From Octopus sinensis (lineage: Eukaryota), in assembly GCF_006345805.1 (NCBI RefSeq), contig NC_042997.1, forward strand, positions 41,974,001 through 42,038,000: a DNA stretch of 64,000 bases, given 5' to 3'. Of the stretch, positions 58,508-64,000 are shown in pieces. Below the pieces are notes generated by a model. The model saw only the letters and a list, made by a program, of their open reading frames with translations, was not told the origin of the DNA and did not search any database. Position 1 is the stretch's first letter, and each line of letters begins with the position of its first letter. The position numbers and the translations under genes are program-made.

Positions 58508-59307
58508 CTTTGATATTTTATAGAATATTTTGTGTAAATATACACTTTTAGTATGCTACATTAGGATCTTGTCCCAAGATTCTTTAAGGTGGTTTCGTAA
58601 GGGAAAATGCATGATTTTATGCATGTAAATACAATGCCGTGTCAATAGACTGCAATAAAGTGGGAAACCAGAATTCTTTTTAATAAACAAACTGCGTTAA
58701 ACGAGTCCTGTATTTCATCTTCTCGAGATCAACTGTTTAATTGTTTATATTTCGAGAATAGTCATGTAAAATTCGCATTTTTGGTGTTACGACGATCGGC
58801 CACTGCTATTATTTTATTCTCATTCACCCAATGTAAATAGATGAAAGCTTAAGATGCCTTTGGTCTTTGCAGAAGAAATTTATTTAGAAACTTCAAAAAA
58901 AATTTTTTTCTTAAAAGGTAATACTGTCATTAAATAATGTAAGATATATATCAAGTGTGAGCGATGTAAACTGGGGAAGGAGACATAAAGGGATGATGTG
59001 ACCCCACTAAACCGCCGACGTACCGTAAGTAATTCTTCTTAAATTTATGCCAACAGACTGATATTTTCACTTCTTTTCAATATTTCATTATTAGTAGCAA
59101 TTATTGTGCTTAGTGAGTAGACATATGCTGATCCGGCTCCCTAGCCTGTCGGTCCCTCATCCATAATACGGCTGCATAAGGCTCAGGGCAATTATTTGAT
59201 ATCTTTAGGTGTAAAAAGACAAAACCAAAACAAACGCGCGTCTTATTCGCCGGCAAATACGATAATACGGTTTAAATACTATTTTTAACAGTAATAATAC
59301 TTAGTTA

Positions 59308-59716
59308 GGCGCAGGAGTGGCTGTGTGGTAAGTAGCTTGCTAACCAACCACATGGTTCCGGGTTCAGTCTCACTGCGTGGCATCTTGGGCAAGTGTCTTT
59401 TGCTATAGCCCCGGGCCGACCAATGCCTTGTGAGTGGATTTGGTAGACGGAAACTGAAAGAAGCCTGTCGTATATATGTATATATATATGTGTGTGTGTG
59501 TTTGTGTGTCTGTGTTTGTCCCCCTAGCATTGCTTGACAACCGATGCTGGTGTGTTTACGTCCCCGTCACTTAGCGGTTCGGCAAAAGAGACCGATGGAA
59601 TAAGTACTGGGCTTACAAAAGAATAAGTCCTGGGGTCGAGTTGCTCGATTAAAGGCGGTGCTCCAGCATGGCCGCAGTCAAATGACTGAAACAAGTAAAA
59701 GAGAGAGAGAGAGAGA
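59308..59716 (+). mobile_element. SINE family A, full length
   Basis: Near-identical to the 56957 copy. The tail ends in (GA)n. A 3' fragment of the same family lies at 61462-61622. Confidence 0.95.
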
Positions 59717-60271
59717 GTTAATTTCATACTTTTCTATTTCTACCAACAAAACATATTCAAAAGATTCCAGCCTTGACCACCAGAGCCGGTTTTGAGCCAA
59801 TTAGATTGATTTCTTCAAATCGGGCCCCGCACCAAGAGAAGGCCCTGTGCACACGCTTGAGCGGAGAACGGTGTGCTGGATTAAACCATTTGCCTACGCC
59901 AAGCATAATTATCCACGCGATTCTTTTTACCTTTCGTGCGACACGAGGATTTATCTCATGACTTTAGAAAAACGTCTCACTTATATAAAATATGGGCCTC
60001 TCTGACAATTCTCTAACCAGGTTCCGCCCTTCCTGGCGCCGGCCTTGTTGACCATTCCGTCACTTTTTTTATTATTTTTGTCAAGAATTGTGTGGCAACT
60101 TCTTTTCCAATTTGCTTTCTTATTTTTATCGTTTCTATTCCTTATATGAGGGCGACAGATACATTAATCTAGATGTAATAAATGATTATGGATTCGTTTA
60201 TGAAATTCTTTTGTATTTGATACCGATAAAGCAAGCGATTCGATTTTAAGACGCTGAACATTTACTAGAAA

Positions 60272-60406
60272 AAAATCTAGTTAAATTGCAAGTAAAGTAA
60301 CAGATTTGTTTTGCGAAAAGCCCTGTTTCTCCTTATATATATATATATAAGGAGAAACAGGGCTTTTCGCAAAACAAATCTGTTACTTTACTTGCAATTT
60401 AACTAG

Positions 60407-60411
<5 letters not shown>
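60272..60411. repeat. Perfect 140-bp palindrome centred on (TA)n, no spacer
   Basis: aaaatctagttaaattgcaag..gtttctcctta-(TA)n-taaggagaaac..cttgcaatttaactagatttt. The arms match exactly by eye. Confidence 0.95.
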
Positions 60412-60455
<44 letters not shown>

Positions 60456-60459
<4 letters not shown>

Positions 60460-61080
60460 AGAGTTTACGGATAAAACAAAAGACAAAGACAGGTGGTGTA
60501 CAAAACAAACAGATGTATTAGTATAACGCTCAGGAGCAGAAAAAGTATTTTACGTTTCGAGCCTACGCTCTTCTACAGCAAGGGACACAGAAAAAAAAAA
60601 AAAACAACGAGAGAAACAAGGAGAGAAAAAAATGTGTGTAGTGGCTAACGATCTATCATGGCGACTAATGCCGGACAGAAGGGTCAAACACAGGAAGGAA
60701 AGTAGGGGAGATAACAAGGTAAAGATGACCCGCCCCCCAACACAAAGGTGCTTGTGTGTATAAGAGAGTATGTATGTGCGTGTGAAAGAGGGCTGGTGGT
60801 CTGGACGTGAGCATGTATGTATGTGTAGGTGTGAAGATGTGGGAATGGGTGTGTGGGTGGTGTGTTGTGATGTGATGTGTAATGTTGCATGGTGTAGTTT
60901 GGTGTGGTGTGATGTTGTTGGGAGGTGGGGGAGGCGAGAGTGGGGAATGCACGGGTGGGGTGTGGGTACGGCTGGGGGTTGGGGTAGAGTTGGGGTTTAT
61001 ACGGTGGAGAGAGTACCAATATTTCCATATGGTAGGCTTGATAATTGCTGAGATTTCTTTCTACATGAAACTGCTTATAA
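60456..61080 (-). mobile_element. Penelope-like element 3' end (decayed ORF C-terminus plus long 3' UTR)
   Basis: IGTLS-[frameshift]-IN near 61020-60995 resembles the PLE C-terminal LGTLxPxGxN motif. A hammerhead-like motif lies at 60578-60551. It ends gtaaactctccc(TA)n like the 23295 copy. Confidence 0.55.
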
Positions 61081-61235
61081 CCTCGTTAACCCAGAAACAC
61101 ACACACACACACACACACACAAATAATACAAGGAAACTTACTAACATGATTATCAAAGGGCAGTACCTATGCTAACGAAGTAAACTCAAGTAAAATGTAT
61201 CCAAAACATTACCAATGCCCGGTGATGTATATATA

Positions 61236-61281
<46 letters not shown>

Positions 61282-61647
61282 GTATATATATATATATATA
61301 TATATGGAACAAAAACGCAATAGAGGGCATTAAAATGTTCGGACAGACAGACGACACAAAGGCGGACAGGAGAAACAACAAGTAGAAGGACAGGCGAAAC
61401 AAGACGGGTCATTCTTGGTTTTCTTTCATCAATCAAGTCCCAGGAGTCACGACCATTTCGAGCGTCCCCGTCACTTAGCGGTTCGGCAAAAGAGACCGAT
61501 AGAATAAGTACTGGGCTTACAAAAGAATAAGTCCCGGGGTCGAATTGCTCGATTAAAGGCGGTGCTCCAGTATAGCCGCAGTCAAATGACTGAAACAAGT
61601 AAAAGAGTAAAAGAGTAAAAGAATATATATATATATATATATATATA

Positions 61648-62024
61648 CTAGCAGTATCGCCCGGCGTTGCTCGGGTTTGTAAGGGAAATAACTATAAAGC
61701 ATTTTTAGAGAGTTATAGCCAAAAAATAGCAAAAAATGGAAAAAAATGATGGTAAATTTTTTTTTGAGAGTAAAAAAGGTGGAGTTGCGTCCCCTAGACA
61801 GTTTGCGGTTTATGTTTCTGATTCTCGACCCCATGTCGAATTTATCGATTTCTTTCAGAACTGGGGGAAGTTTTCAAAATTTTCGCTGCGTTAGTTTTGA
61901 ATTATGACATTGGGCTATGTGTGTGTTAAGTTTCATCAGAATCGGTTGAAAGCCGTGGTCAGGGTGAGGGTACAAGCAAACAGACACACAGAAACACGCA
62001 CAGACAAACTGCCGTTTATATAGA
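61648..62024 (-). mobile_element. Non-autonomous Helitron, second full copy
   Basis: Collinear with 56385-56760 with scattered substitutions and the same termini. Inserted in (TA)n. Confidence 0.8.
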
Positions 62025-62036
62025 TATATATATATA

Positions 62037-64000
<1,964 letters not shown>

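Overview
This is eukaryotic, AT-rich, microsatellite-dense DNA, almost certainly from an octopus. That inference rests on tRNA-headed SINE families resembling the published octopus SINEs, TTAGGG-bearing foldback elements and very long (TA)n/(CA)n tracts. No host protein-coding gene can be named, and nearly all ORF-track entries are microsatellite or antisense noise. The window is a transposon graveyard. LINEs: a near full-length CR1-group element (46.3-49.6 kb, cut by a 100-N gap), 3' fragments of CR1, RTE and Tx1/L1 elements, and a Tx1-like ORF1 piece. Other retroelements: Penelope-like (PLE) remnants with hammerhead-shaped motifs, LTR-like pieces, and more than 30 copies of about six SINE families (labelled here A, B, C, D, F, H). 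DNA elements: MITEs (Tc1/pogo, hAT, piggyBac, GG..CC foldbacks) and non-autonomous Helitrons. The strongest leads are: (1) SINE D shares its 3' tail with a Tx1 LINE in the same window; (2) several repeat families carry minimal hammerhead-ribozyme architecture, one with a canonical core and one inside terminal inverted repeats; (3) a 149-bp duplication flanks one SINE; (4) a perfect spacerless 140-bp palindrome sits beside a PLE end; (5) a CpG-decay boundary near 6 kb suggests the edge of a methylated gene body. Low-confidence promoter and exon candidates are flagged. Coordinates were read by eye and element ends are approximate unless a TSD or TIR is quoted.
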